Source of the DNA: Novakomyces olei
Taxonomy: Eukaryota
Direction of reading: 5' to 3'
NCBI GenBank assembly: GCA_016906335.1
Contig: JADEYG010000007.1
Span: 372,001 to 436,000 of the forward strand
Length of the DNA stretch: 64,000 nt
Shown: positions 1 to 13,400 of the stretch, in pieces
Layout: every line of letters starts with the position of its first letter
Numbering within the stretch: position 1 is the stretch's first letter
Notes under the pieces: generated by a model
Databases searched by the model: none
What the model was told of the DNA's origin: nothing
The model's input: only the letters and a program-made list of their open reading frames with translations
Position numbers and translations under genes: made by a program

Positions 1-936
1 GCGGTCAGTCCTTCAGAGGTGGGCCCAACGCTTCGATTAGGGTCACGTTCAAGCTTGTTGGACACTACCGACTCAGGAGCCAGTGTTATCATGGCAACTT
101 TAACACAGCAGCAGCAACAACAGTCGCAACCACAATCGCAAGGCAATTCGGCCAGCCAAAGTTTGATCTATTTTATTGAAGAGCTATACGGTTCACTGAA
201 CGCAGTATTTGTAGATAATGCAGTGGCAGAGTTTACGTTTCTCACCACAATGTTTGACCTTCACCACCACGATGAAATGCTGTCCGTGTTTGACAGCATT
301 TTCCGGTCGAGTATTACTGGCGCACAGCAATTTGTACATGACCATTTAGCCAATGGAGCGATGGGCAGTGGCGGGCCTGGGCCCGGAACCGGGTCTGGGA
401 ATGGGCCCGGTAACACGCACGGCCCTGCTAATGGTGGTAATGGAGCAATGGTAGATTCAATCGGACTCCTTCTTTGTATACGTATGACACAAGAATTGGC
501 ACTGGAGTTGCAACGTAACCTTGTACCCGTACTCGAGTCCCATGTGAACGGGATGCTGATTACACTGTGGCCTCGGTTTCAAGCGAGTGTCGATGCCCAA
601 GCCGCGAGTTTGAGACGTGTGAAAAGTGGGTCTGAAGAAGCTCTGCAGGGGGTCGCACGTCGAATGGCCAGTTTTCTTTATGGCATTTCTAAACTGTGTG
701 CGGAAGCGCGCGAAGAAGAGCCCGTGGGAAAGAGTATGGCGAGACTGAGGAACGAGTTTGAGGCGTCCTTGACTCGAGCAAGTCAGACTATCAGTCAAAA
801 CACAGGGGCACGTGAACGTTTCTTGTATAACCAGTATGCCCTAGTGCTCGATGCTCTTGCCGATGTTCCCGGCCCGTTTGCGGAGGAGCAGCGTCATCAT
901 TTCAGATCGCTCTTGCGTGCTTACAGCTCGCTGTAA
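1..936 (+). CDS. VPS52: GARP complex subunit Vps52, C-terminal part (5' end outside window)
   Basis: Open frame from the window start. Motifs DNAVAEFTFL..F, DSIGLLLCIR, VPVLESHVNGMLITLWPRFQ and FLYNQYALVL are typical of Vps52/Sac2. Confidence 0.85.
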   Translation, partial: AVSPSEVGPTLRLGSRSSLLDTTDSGASVIMATLTQQQQQQSQPQSQGNSASQSLIYFIEELYGSLNAVFVDNAVAEFTFLTTMFDLHHHDEMLSVFDSIFRSSITGAQQFVHDHLANGAMGSGGPGPGTGSGNGPGNTHGPANGGNGAMVDSIGLLLCIRMTQELALELQRNLVPVLESHVNGMLITLWPRFQASVDAQAASLRRVKSGSEEALQGVARRMASFLYGISKLCAEAREEEPVGKSMARLRNEFEASLTRASQTISQNTGARERFLYNQYALVLDALADVPGPFAEEQRHHFRSLLRAYSSL

Positions 937-1591
937 GGTGAGAAAGAAAGATGGTTGTTTATATAATACGGAGGCAGTACAGCATCCTATAAAATCTTGG
1001 CGAAACGTGTCGCTTACACAGACATTTACGCTTGGGCAGACATTTGGATTGCGGGGACAAGTCTAACATTGCCGTCTTTGCACAATAACGAATTTTATGG
1101 ATTAAATATTAGAAAAGATACTTTAAGCATTCTTCAAAGAAGACGCCAAAAACTAGGAAGTTCAAAGTTCGGGCGGGAGAGGCAGGTGTATGGCTATACA
1201 AGGAAGGGAAAAAAAAAGAGCCAAAACAGATAAAGCAAGGCGAAAAAAGCTTCACAATAGACAGTCAACTGTAAGAAACAATTTAAGGCATCCATTGCGT
1301 CATAACCAATACTGCTCAATTGAAAGCCGTAGTTGTCAAAAATTAGGCAGAATAACAATTAGAGGGAAAATTAAAAAATATAGAATATAAATCAAAGTAT
1401 GGTGGAACCCCAATACTAGATAATATAAAGTGGAAGGGGCTAATGCCTTCTCCGCTAGGTACAACCCCTCTTGAGAAAACGTCCACGAGCAATAAAAATT
1501 AAAAAATAAATCCCTTCAAGCTGCCAAAACTGTTCAAGACCGATTCTGGCTGTTACAGCCATCCGGACAAATCTTGTCGTTGCCCTCCACA

Positions 1592-2582
1592 CTAGATAAG
1601 GCTATCGTAGAGGGCAAACACGAGCAGGATCAACGAATCCGCCTTGAGCAGAATGGTGCCAACAGTAGCTTCCAGAGTAACAAAAGTCTTTGCGCTGACA
1701 AAGCTGGAAAGAGCACCAAAGCTGAACACGGCCCATACGAGAGCAGTACGGGCGACTGCGAGAGTAACCGGGTCAAAAAGCGATCGAGCGTGCTTTTGCG
1801 ACGGGTTGAACAGCGTACCCGCAATCAGCGGAACAAGGAGCGTTAGAGTGATCCAAGTACCGAGCGGAGTCCAGAACGATTCCAGCTCGAGAAACTGGAC
1901 AAAGTCCGGCAGGTACATGCCGTGTGTGCTCCAGTACTTTGTGAGAAAGGCCGGCAGCTGAATGGCCTTTGTGAGCGGCACAAGGTTGGTAAGGAGAGTG
2001 TAAGCCTCTACAGCAAGCACAGCAGCCAGCAGCGAGTTAAAGTTAGACAGGGCAGCGCGTCTTGAGAGCGCAACACGCTTTGTCTTTTTCCAAGAGGGCA
2101 GTCCCTGGACGGCAAGGTTCAGTCCGGGACGCAGGGAGAGAGAGCGGGCGCCCGTCTGCTTCAGCGACGAGGACTTTGTCGCTACTGGCGAAGACAGCCG
2201 GGCCAGTCCTTTGCTGACAGACGGCAGATTGAAGCGGGGCGATACAGTCTTGATCTTATCCACTACCGATCCGGGGACCGATACGGCCGGAGTCCGAGGT
2301 GGCAATCCATCCGCAGAAGCCCGGCTGCGGCCTCGCGAAGCGGCCGGGCCGGGCGACGAGAGCATGTCGTCATAGTAAGAAGAGAACCGTTTATCGTCGC
2401 GCAGGGTGGAAGCGTTCAGCGACAAGTGCTCAGCGATACGCGCCTCGAGATCGGTTTTAAGGCCATCCTGATCAATACTCAATTGGCCCGCCAAATCTGT
2501 ATAGTCAGCATTATTAAAAGCGAAAAGGCTACGGGTCTAATGTACCTTGCAGCTGGTTCTTTTTCAGTTTTCCAAGCATCAT
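1592..2582 (-). CDS. GTT3: Gtt3-like fungal nuclear-envelope membrane protein
   Basis: ATG at 2582. Intron 2497-2545 (GTACAT...GCTGAC...CAG) gives MMLGKLKKNQLQDLAGQLSIDQDGLKTDLEARIAEHLSLNASTLRDDKRFSSYY, followed by an S/P-rich linker and about 4 C-terminal TM segments. Confidence 0.6.
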
Positions 2583-3339
2583 TGCTACGTTGGCACAATC
2601 GGGTTGCGTGCGTCGCACGCTCCTGAAATCAAATGTAGAGGTAATTATTGTGCGATCAATTTCGCGTTCTAAACGTAAATAAACAAATGGTGTGTGCGTA
2701 TGGACGATGTAAATAATGTAGTCGCCTCGTTGCTATGCGTAATACCAAGTAAACCGGACAAGTAAACAATACATTCTAATTGGGTAATGCGGGTTTTTCT
2801 TTACTACTGGGTTTATCTCTATATATTGTGTACTGCTATGCTCATAGTGGCCCGTTCGCTATAGAGTGCGGGCAGATGGGAGCGGTAAATTAGGGCCGAA
2901 TGTTTAATGCGCCGTTGCTCAATTGCCATCGGCGTTACCACCTTGTTGGGAGCGGGTTTGTTTTCGCGACTCCGAGTCGCAGAACGTCGTTTAGCCTGTT
3001 TTTATTACCAATATTTAGAAAATTAATAGCTTTACTTGTGTGCGTGCTCAAGTCGTATAGCTGCAGGCTAAAAACATAGATACTGCGTAATTATTGTATT
3101 ACCGCGTCTGTCTTTTGTAACGCGGCCCGTGACTTTATTGACCAGACAGCACTGCATAGACGGCAAGCATTTAGGTATTTGATTATTTAAACAAATCAAA
3201 ACTAGCAAACGGGCACAGAAATAAATTACAGTTGTATTTCGCACTATTAAAAGTATGAATATTGTATATGTCTGTCATGACTGTCATGACTGTCCATGAC
3301 TTGAGGGTTATCGTTGCGACGAGGGCAACTTTTTTGTAC

Positions 3340-3482
3340 ATTAATTAATATAACTAATATTTATATAATTAATATAACTAATATTTATATAATTAATATA
3401 ATTAATATTAATACAATTAATATTATATAATTAATATTATATAATTAATATTATATAATTAATATTATATAATTAATATTAT
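3340..3482. repeat. AT-only tandem repeats (TATATAATTAATAT-like units)
   Basis: Directly visible degenerate tandem array. Confidence 0.9.
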
Positions 3483-3706
3483 CGACAGAAATATTATCCA
3501 AAGTATTGCTTTATTATATGATCGTTCATTCAAGATATCTGGACGTGCGTGATTGAGATTTTCTGGTGACCAACTCGGCGTTGACTGTAGGAATTGCGCT
3601 CTCCTATAATCAAGTGTACCTCAGTCTGATTCTGGACGACCTTTGTACCCCTTTTTGCACGATGGCTGCGCTTTTAATAAGGCATCTATAACGGACAAAG
3701 CGTAAG

Positions 3707-5226
3707 ATGACAACGGCTGACGGTAGCACTGCTGCCGTCGCAGCTTACGCGGATACAGCTCCTTTATGGCAGGTGCGTTTGGCACTTTTAATTACCATTA
3801 TACTGACAATATTCAGCATATGATAGCGGGCGGATTAGGCGGCAGTGCCGGAGATTTTGCCATGCATTCAGTCGATACGGTAAAGACACGGCAGCAGGGC
3901 GCACCGGGTGTTCTTAAATACTCGGATACATGGCGGACGTATGCTACTATATTCCGGGAAGAAGGGCTGTTGCGTGGCCTTTACGGCGGAATCCAGCCGG
4001 CAATGCTGGGAAGCAGTACGGGTTTCTTTTCCTTTTTTTTAAGGCTTATAATCTAACTTTGCTAGTCCCGGGAACAATGCTGTTCTTTCTAACCTACGAG
4101 TCGACAAAGCGAGTCCTGTCTGAAAGCCATCGTGTGAATGAAACAATGGTACATCTCGCAGCTGGCTGCTTGGGCGATTTGAGTGCTTCTGTCATATATG
4201 TTCCCTCTGAAGTATTGAAAACGCGGTTGCAACTCCAGGGCCGTCACAACAATCATTTTTTCGTTTCCGGTTACAACTACAAAAATATGACTGACGCATT
4301 TTCCACGGTAAGTTTTTACAATAATTTTAAAATGGAAGCTTATCATAGATTGTGCGGACCGAGGGCTGGCGGGCCATGTTTCACGGGTACAAGGCTACGA
4401 TATTTCGGGACCTTCCATTTTCCGGCCTGCAGTTTGCTTTTTATGGTAAGATTGGAATATATAAATAAAAGTATACATCACAGATTTGGAACGCAAGTAA
4501 AGCGCTAGATTTTTGCTGAGCAGCTTCCATGTTGAACGGGCACTTTTTGCAAACCGATTTAAATATTTAAATCGGTTTAATATTAAAATCTAATTCAAAA
4601 TGTGCCTTTAATGTGTCATTTCAAGCGCCCAGTTTGCTAATGAGCCAGAAAAATTCAAGATTCTTGCGAACGAGTATTCGCACATTCTCCATTTGCATGA
4701 CGTGGAAAAAGAAGTGGCAACGGGATTTGCAGCAGGCTGGCTGGCCGGCGGGTTGACTACTCCGCTGGATGTTATTAAAACACGCGCTCAAACACAGCAA
4801 GACCATGCGGCCTCCCGGCTTGTTTCGCATTCATCTCGTACCTCGTTTTCAGGATACCCTATCCCCGACTCTTCTTCTCCGACTAAGCCTAGACCTCCGA
4901 TAGATGGTTTGCGCAGGCCACAAGAGGGCCAACGGAACTATGCTAACCACCAACAGAATCGGCACATTGGCGTAAACTCTTACCCACCGAACCCTGCGAC
5001 TCTGACCCGCTTGAAACCCGGTGCTGGTGGAGCCGCGGTGATAAACACGAGCTCAGTATGGAAAGCTCTTCGATTAATCCATGCCACTGAAGGCTATTCC
5101 GGCCTTTTTAGAGGAATACTTCCAAGGGCATCTTGGACTGGCGCTCAGAGCAGTCTCATGTTTCTGCTCTACGAGAGTATTATGCGCCTGTTTGCGTTGT
5201 ATGATCATTCTTTGCAGCATACGTGA
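3707..5226 (+). CDS. MME1: Mitochondrial carrier, Mme1 (YMR166C)-like
   Basis: Four GT-AG introns. Carrier signatures [47 protein letters not shown] and [14 protein letters not shown]. Confidence 0.8.
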
Positions 5227-5475
5227 GCAGAGGCTTTGTTGCTTTATAGACGCTTGGGTTAGACACTGTATAGACGGCATCTCTCGTATATCTTGCATGT
5301 TTATTCACAATATGATTGTTTTAAACTAAACCCCAGAATCCTATTCTACAAGGGCTGTGTAGAATTTTACCAGCATATACAGGCAATTTCGGCAAATTTG
5401 CCGTTTTCTCGTTTCTAATAGTAGTCGATTATAGTCAATTATTATTCGTTTTGTTTGAATATTACGATTTTATTC

Positions 5476-8112
5476 CTATACAGTCTGTACAAGACGCAGA
5501 AACCCTGCGACACGCGCCATATCAATCTCGCCCTGATTAGCATCGCTTTCTACTGCCTGTAATAATCCCTCCAGGAGCGAGTCCACACGGCTCTTGTCCA
5601 CGCCACAGCAAACAGCCACTACTTTTCGGCACTTGTCCTCCAGCTCGGAGCTCTTGTCCTCCAGCTCGGCAGCTAGCCGGTCTAGTACGGCTCCATTGCG
5701 CCTGTAAGCCTCCACCCTTGCTCTCAGAATCGGCACAGGCGGTAAAGCAGCAGAGTAGCTACCGTGGCCTCCATCATGGTCTCCATCGGCAGAGGTATGC
5801 TTTGCCGTATGTGCATCTGCCCCGGGCACACCATTATGCTGCTGCTGCTGCTTCAAAGACGGAGGCGACGATAATTCGTGCTCTTCCAATCCCTCTTGCT
5901 TCACTATAAAAGGAGCATCGGCGTCAATTTGGCCATCAAAGATACTGCCATTAACACCCGCATGCTCAGTGCCCACATGCTCAATAAATTGGGCTTCTTC
6001 TTCGTCGATAGCCCGCTCTATATTCTGGCAACGCTGCTGCATCTCAAGTAGCCTGTCCGTCCTCGATTTGTGCTGCTCCAAGGCTTGACGCAGCTCAGCC
6101 AGCCTTCGTGTTGCATCCCTCAGCTTCAAATGCCTGTGGCTTATCAGCTTTTGCTTTTCCTTCATTTCGTCCCGGAACGTTTCATCCAGGTGCGTAATTA
6201 TCTCCCTCATTGACTGTATTATTTCTTGACTCTTTAGCTTGGCCGACGAGGATTCTACGTGACTGGCACCGGGAGACGAACCGTGGTAGCCGGGTAACGC
6301 GGCTGCCGCAATTGTACTCCGCCCGGAAGCAAATGGTAGCCGCCCAGGGCCGCCATTGTTATTGCTGCTGTTATTAGCGTTATACGGAATAATCTCTGGA
6401 GCAATCCCGAAATCAAGAGCTCGAAGACCCGCTCGATTAGCAATTGCCGTGTCCGCCCCAATCTCAATCAGCTGCTGAACAAGCGACTTGTTGCCTATGC
6501 GAGCAGCAATGTTAAGGGCAGTGTCTCCATTACGATCCTGGTGATTCACAACTTCCGCAACAAACCGGGCCAGGCCAATACTGGCTGCGTGCTCACTGCC
6601 AGCATCACGCACAATCCATTCAAGTAGGGTTTCCAGGTAGTAACGGGCGGCAGAGCTACGACCTTTGATACCTGCCGTCAGCATTATATGGTGCAGTACA
6701 GTGCGGCCAAAACTGTCTACTGCCGGAATGGAAGGGTACAGGTCGTCCAGCAGTTCACTTAAAGTGCTCTGCTCTAGATGATTAGTTACAGTAACGGCAC
6801 GCATCAGTGAAGTCTCGCCACGGTTATTGCCACGTAGAGGGTTCGCTCCCTTGGAGATTAGCATTTTTACCAAAGGCATTCGTGCGAGTACGGAGGCCCA
6901 GTGCAGTGCAGTACAGCCCACATCATCAATAGGCACATCTACCTCAATATCCTCATCAAACTCGGGCGACTCAAATACTGACGGCACCGCTGTGGATATC
7001 GAGCTATCCAGCCAAATACTGGTCAGCACGTCTTTGGACCTGTGGTAGTTTTGCGCTGTTTCCACCGTGACGGGAGGCAAGACCTGTGGCCTTTTAAACT
7101 CGCTGTGTATAGACTTCGCTACCGCTGGAGCTGGCGGCGGTAATGTGGCGAGCTCGGTGACTTGAACAGGCTCTTCTTGTTCGTCGTGGTCGTCCAAAGG
7201 CTGCTCAATCGTGTCGGTTCGCTGCCTTTTATGTACTTGCTCCTTTTCATCGTTATGGCTTTCATGACTTTCGTTACCGGTGTTGTACCGGGGTAAAGGG
7301 GCAGGGATTGTAAACGATCCTCCTCCGCCGCTGTCTGCTGTCGCACCGGAATTGTTATGTCTGTAAAGATCTCCATTAGACAGAGGCAAATTTGCTGATT
7401 GCATATTAAGGCTCAGCGGTTCTGCAAAGTTACGTAACCGCATCTCCTTTGAAGGTGTGGACAAATCGTACTGATAATCCTCCATTTCCGCATCAAACAA
7501 TGGCTTTAGCACTTCATAGACTCCGTAATGCTGAGCAAAAAGAGCGGCTCTCTCAAAAGATATCCAGGTTCCTTGGTACTTGCCGTACCCGCCTTGCACT
7601 TTTTCATGATCACCGGGAAGGATTTCGCGTTCAAGTATTTTCGTACGCCGTCCCTTGTCGATCCCAGCAACTTTGAGTATTTGTGTCGCATTCAAGTAAG
7701 AGTCACGACGTCTCCGCATTACGGCCACGTTCCTCGTCACCATCTCCAGCACTTGTACTCCCGAGTAGGTGGCCTTGTGCCATTAGAAATGTTCCCATTG
7801 CAAAAGGTGGAAAAAAAAAAGAGCAATGATTAAGCCCATATTGAAGGAAGCAGAGTCTGGTAAGCAAAGGGTCCGTCAGACCAAAACCAGATCCAGATCA
7901 TCAATCAAATCAAACGAACTGAACGAAAACTAAAGAGGAAAAGAGGAAAAGAGGCAAAAAGGAAAAGATGCAAATAGGCAATTCGCTAAAGAAATTTCAC
8001 ATACAACATATATCTGTGAAGATACGATTCCCGAGAGGGGTACTTGCGATACGGGCGGAGGCGTAGCATTGCGACTTGGCGTACTTGTTCGCGAAGGCGA
8101 TTGTGCCGACAT
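5476..8112 (-). CDS. SWI6: MBF/SBF subunit Cdc10/Swi6 type (APSES domain + ankyrin repeats + coiled coil)
   Basis: Intron 7774-8004 (GTATGT...CTAAT...AAG) restores QIYVATYSGVQVLEM. APSES motif NATQILKVAG...KVQGGYGKYQGTW, ankyrin motifs TALHWA and GDTALNIAAR, C-terminal RVAGFLRLV. Confidence 0.8.
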
Positions 8113-8434
8113 TATAGAGTCAGCTCTGCAGATTTGGCTGCTAAATCAGAGTGATCGACACGCATTAACGTGTGAGACGGACGCGTAGAAGCTTTTGTTG
8201 CAATTTCGAACAATATAAAACTAAAATAAAACCGCGCCGATTAGTGCCACACGGCCAACGAATGAAATGCCGATCAGCGCCTCTTATATGAAAAGGCGAT
8301 TTTTTAATTGATCGGCTTCTTTCAATGTACAAATAGTAGGCTTTGATCCCGTCGCGTGTGCGCTCGCGGTCTACGCCCGCGGCATCCGCGTGCTGGATGT
8401 GGAAGTAAGCTTGCGTGCGAAAAGTCCATCTGCC

Positions 8435-8685
8435 ATATTATATTATATTATATTATATGATATTATATTATATTATATTATATTATATTATATTATATTA
8501 TATTATATTATATTATATTATATTATATTATATTATATTATATTATATTATATTATATTATATTATATTATATTATATTATATTATATTATATTATATTA
8601 TATTATATTATATTATATTATATTATATTATATTATATTATATTATATTATATTATATTATATTATATTATATTATATTATATTA
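8435..8685. repeat. (ATATT)n pentanucleotide microsatellite
   Basis: About 50 near-perfect copies, with one T>G substitution at 8459. Confidence 0.98.
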
Positions 8686-9049
8686 AAGAGGCAGTTTCAG
8701 TGGGCCATAGATTAAGGTTGAATGCAAAAGGTTGAGCTCGTGTCGTTGAACGGCCGAAGCGGCCGATGTTCTTAGCTTGCTTAAACCGAAATAAATGTTT
8801 GATTACGATCAACAACATAAAATGCTCAACCTTGCCAATTTTGTTATGTTTTTATTTGGGTCAATGTCACGTAATTACATCTAAAGAACACAATCCCAAA
8901 TGGAATAGTTTCTATACTACAATCAATACACACAAATAGAGTTCAAAACATTACAAATGAAGGCGGAAGAACGCAATGTAGAAAATGCGCATTTCACACC
9001 AGCATAATATTATTTAAAAGCTTAAGCATGCGAAGAGACGCCGAGAGAC

Positions 9050-9828
9050 TCATAGACCTTTATCGAAGCCGTTCTTCTTGTAGTAATCCTGCATGTGGGC
9101 CACGATTTCCTGCAGCGAGCCAAGCCAGCGCTGCAACTCTTCAACCACAACAGTCTGGTCCGATCCTAATTTAGCGTAGAAATCTTTACGGTAAGGACAG
9201 GCCTTCATTGCCAGCTGACTCTGTCAGAAATACATGATGTAGATAAGCACGAAAAAACTTACCGCAAATACTGGCCGTACGACAAAACTATGAAACTTAC
9301 GCAGAGTAGCTTCGTAAGCTTTAGTGAAGCTCACAGACAGTTCCTCCGCTGGATTCTGTAACGAGCGCTGCAGAGCTGCTGCTGTGAATTCAAGACCCCT
9401 GGACCCGTAAGCGAAGATATTTATTGCAACAAATACCTTAGTAACCACAGCAGACCTTCCGTTGCCGTCTTTTTCTTTTCTGCAATCTCATTTTTGACCA
9501 AATCTTCCAAAGTTCCGGAGGCTAGAGGAGCAGCCAGCTGCCGATCACGTACTTTCTGTACCTTTCAGTTTCAGGGGCGAATTGGCCACGACCATACCTT
9601 GATATTCCCACTCATATCCTTTTGGACTACGGTAAATGCAGAGGATCCCAAAAGATCTTGAAAGAATTAGACTTTGTGCAGACGATTGATCAATTTTGTG
9701 AGCTGCATACCAAACAAGTCGACCACTGTGGCAGTTGCCTCCAGAAACTCGGACGTGTTAACGCCAGGCTCACGGCTGACATCGGCGTAAGACCGTGTTG
9801 CCTGTTCGAGAAACGTGCCTGACGACAT
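9050..9828 (-). CDS. Glycolipid transfer protein (GLTP / HET-C2 family)
   Basis: Five exons give MSSGTFLEQ...EFLEATATVVDLFDLLGSSAFTVVQKDMSGNIKKVR...ATEGLLWLLRGLEF...AYEATLRKFHSFVVRPVFALAMKACPYRKDFY. Confidence 0.9.
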
Positions 9829-9950
9829 TTGCGGGAAATTGCTTTCTCAAATTTTGGTAGACTCAAATTCAGGTGAATGACAGAGGAGCCAATGGCCGTA
9901 CGTTGTCGCGATAATTATGGACAACGCGTTTACCCGTGCGTGAAATCACT

Positions 9951-10008
9951 GATTGAATTTACTATACATTATTGAATTTACTATACATTATTGAATTTAC
10001 TATACATA
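9951..10008. repeat. 19-bp tandem repeat x3 (ATTGAATTTACTATACATT)
   Basis: Directly visible in the GLTP/SPO71 divergent promoter. Confidence 0.9.
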
Positions 10009-10242
10009 AATCAATATAAGCCCGTACAAGATTGGGTAGCATCCTTGCGCGATATAGATATAACGCAAATGTTATAGGATACGTGATCTACCCACGCTCA
10101 GCCAACGCTTATCCCTGCTCTAGATTTCGATAGACCCACACTGCGATAACATAAGCTACCCTTTATTGAGCGCCTTCATGAGCTGTCGGCTGTGTACGCG
10201 AGTTAAACAGCGCCGTAGCGCAATAGCGCCTGCGCTATGATC

Positions 10243-10251
10243 ATTTGTGCC
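10243..10251 (-). promoter_or_regulatory. Candidate Ndt80 middle sporulation element (GGCACAAAT)
   Basis: Matches gNCRCAAAW about 230 bp upstream of the SPO71-like ATG. Confidence 0.4.
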
Positions 10252-10482
10252 TCTCGCATTTCGTTGATTTAACTGTACGGCAATTCTGTGCCCAAAACCT
10301 GCGGTTCGTTTCTCTTTTCTGCGTATCGGCAGTTCAACAAATCAGCACGTGCGCCCGACAAGGAAAGCGCCAGGTTTGTTGTTTCGTTACTCGTTTTTGA
10401 TTTCCACTCGGCCTTTTCACCCGTATTTTCTCAAGGCCATATAAGTGGCCGTAGCGGCCACTAACGAATTAAAGCGTCAATA

Positions 10483-13400
10483 ATGCCTCTTGACGCTGAT
10501 GACGAGCGGCTTGTTAATTGTCCTTATACTCGATGCAAACTCCGTGATGCTTTACCGGAACACATGCATCTTACAAGTCGGCGGCTATTTATCGGACCCA
10601 AACCGGCAAACTGGCAGACTCCGCTCAGCTCGGGTCATAATGCGTGGCTTCGGAAATGGCAGAGCAGGCGTAAAGGCGCTAATAAACAGTTTGAGTTCCA
10701 GGCAGTCGCTGATACCGGCAACGTATATATTGATTCTATGAATGGATCAAGTTCGTCACAGATCTCCAACGGCTCTACTCTGCGGACATTGAGTGGGCCT
10801 TCTTCGCCGCATTCAGACTCGGATAGCTTTTCATTTCACAGCCATGACGAAGGTCAGTCAAGCGACTATAGCAATCCGAGTCTTTCCGATCAGTCAGTAA
10901 TGTCGGAAGACTTACGGGAGCTCGATCCTGAGACAGGGCTGCCGGTAGACCCGCCGGCTCCGTCAGTGTCTTCCTCCTCGTATTTAAATAGGACGGCTGA
11001 GGTGATAGACGGTAGGGGGACACTAAACAGTGCTGGCGATAGTGTGGATGATTTGCAGGCAGATGACAAGAGCTTTACCCTGTCCGATGGGCTTAATAGC
11101 AGAATAATGGACACGGCGACCGATACTTCCACAACGTCTTTTGAGACTGCACGCAATACAATCGACGGGGAATCCTCTGCGTCGCTGGACGATACAGAAT
11201 CCCCTGACGGGTCTGCTAGCGGGTTTGATACAGTATCCCAAAATTCGCAGGCGACTGCTACTTTTGTGGACTTGGCATTGAATAAAAAAGATGGACTATC
11301 AAACGATGACATTCAGGGCCCACAGCTTTCAGAGACGGTTTCCTTACAAGGCAAGATGGCAGAGCCCTTGCCTGCCCCCAACGGCCCAATGCAGGTGCCA
11401 CAAAACAGTTTGCCTATGAATAACCTATGGGCAAAAACATCAACTGTGTCCGATCGCTCCAAAGCTAAAACGTTGAGCAAATCGGAATCGAAGCCCGGCA
11501 AGTATTCGCCTGCAAGCAAAGCTGAAGGAGGAACGATTTTGCGTCAGAGATCTCGAACTGTCAGGTTCCATGACGGATCCAAATCACGGAAATCCCTGAG
11601 GGATGAAGGTCTTCGGCGGGTCCACTTACCGCATCTTCGAGTACTCGCCAGACGTGCACAAAAGCACCCAGGCCGTATTGTGTATGCGCAACGTATGCTG
11701 GCCCGGTTTGAGGCCACAAAGTCGCCGGATATGCCTAAAAATTTTGATGAGACTAACGCTTACTGGGTAAAACGTAACGTTATGCAGGACTGGAGGGAGT
11801 ATGTTGTAGTGGCACGACTGGGCCATACGACTACGGAGCCGCTGGTGCTTTATTTTCATCGTAATAGGCGCATCGGACGAACAGACACGCACCCCAAGAG
11901 TCGGCATTATGCCTCCAAGTTTGTCTTGAGTGTTACAAACTGTGATGTAAACCTGTTCTCCACGCTTGACAAGACGATTGCTCTGTGGAAGCGGACTGCT
12001 AAAGGTCACAATATCATTATTCTGCGGCCCAAAGGTACGGCTAAATCCGTGAGATGGTTTGGCATGCTACAGAAAGCATTGGGACGCAAAGAGCCGAGGA
12101 ATCTAGTTATCACTGTACCGGATCTCGATGTTGTAGTGCAGCTTACATTTAACCACGGGCAGTCGTCGTCGACGGACGAGCACGACAACAAGGAAGAGGA
12201 CTTTGAGCTGACAGATTCCGGTGTTGTCAAGTTAAAAGGCCATGCAATCACGGAAAAGTATATAATAAACGCCTGCATGCTGGCACTTGGCGGAGTAGCC
12301 GAATGGAATGACGTCCTTTTACGCTGGCGGACAGGTCGTCTAGGGCTTTGCTGGCGTAAATTTGACCGGCTAGAATGGATCTACGATGACCAGAGCGAGC
12401 GGCTAGTTGCGCAATGGACTCTAGTGAAAACTCATTACCTTGAACTCAGGCCAAAAGTGCATTACCCGGACAAAATTAATAACCCTTTACCGGCAGCTGG
12501 AATTGCAACTGCCAATGCAGCTGGCCCAACTGGCCCAACTGGCCCAACTGGACCAGCAACGGGGTCCACTTTTCCGGGCCGGCAAAAAGAAGCTTTCTCG
12601 GAACCTCTACCAGTAGAAGGGTTCCTGCTCAAGCTAACGAATGGCCAGGGCGACATATACTCAATACTGGGAAAGGCGTATGTAAAACGATTGTACCTCT
12701 CAACGCACGACCACCTCCTCTTCTTCATCAAACCCAAACGCGCTCACGCTCCAGACCCGTCGAATGACGTAGTCGAGCTTTGCCATCGGATCTGGCAGCG
12801 TAACGAGCTGTCGCGTGCAGCGACAAGCGAGACACAGTCGACGGCAGCGCCGGCCACTGTGGATTTCGAGGCAATTGCTGACAGAATGTCTAATGAGCGC
12901 GTATTGCCCACAATTTTCCCTATTGAACCGTACAAACTAACGGCGGACGGACAAGAGTTTGAGTGGTTATCAGCGTCAGCGTTTACCTCGCAATCGTGTT
13001 CACAGTCCATAAGGTCCCTGCACGACAGTTTTGCCGAGGCTGAGAGCGAAAGGAAGCTGGCCCAGATATCTGGATCAGAAGGTTTCATCGATCTTACACA
13101 GGTCGTGTCTGTTCAGCCGCTGGACGCACGAGAGGAAAGGGCCGATAGCGAATCGGTAGCAATGTCGTTTAACTCGTCTACTGCTGCCAGCAATAATAAT
13201 GGCAGCAGCAATATCAATAGCGCTGGCCAGTGCCAAAGGCACTTGTTTGTCCTGCACCTTGACAATGGCCGAAGGGTTATTCTCGGAGCCCACAACTCGA
13301 GGACTCTGCGTGAGTGGGTGCAGCGGCTGTCCGACCTGGTCGAGTACTGGAAAGTTCGGCTCCGTCGGGACGTAGTGGAGTCTATGCAGGTCCGTGAGTA

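Noticed and set aside
8390-8735. ORFs of repeated YYIIL
   Set aside because: Translation of the (ATATT)n microsatellite.
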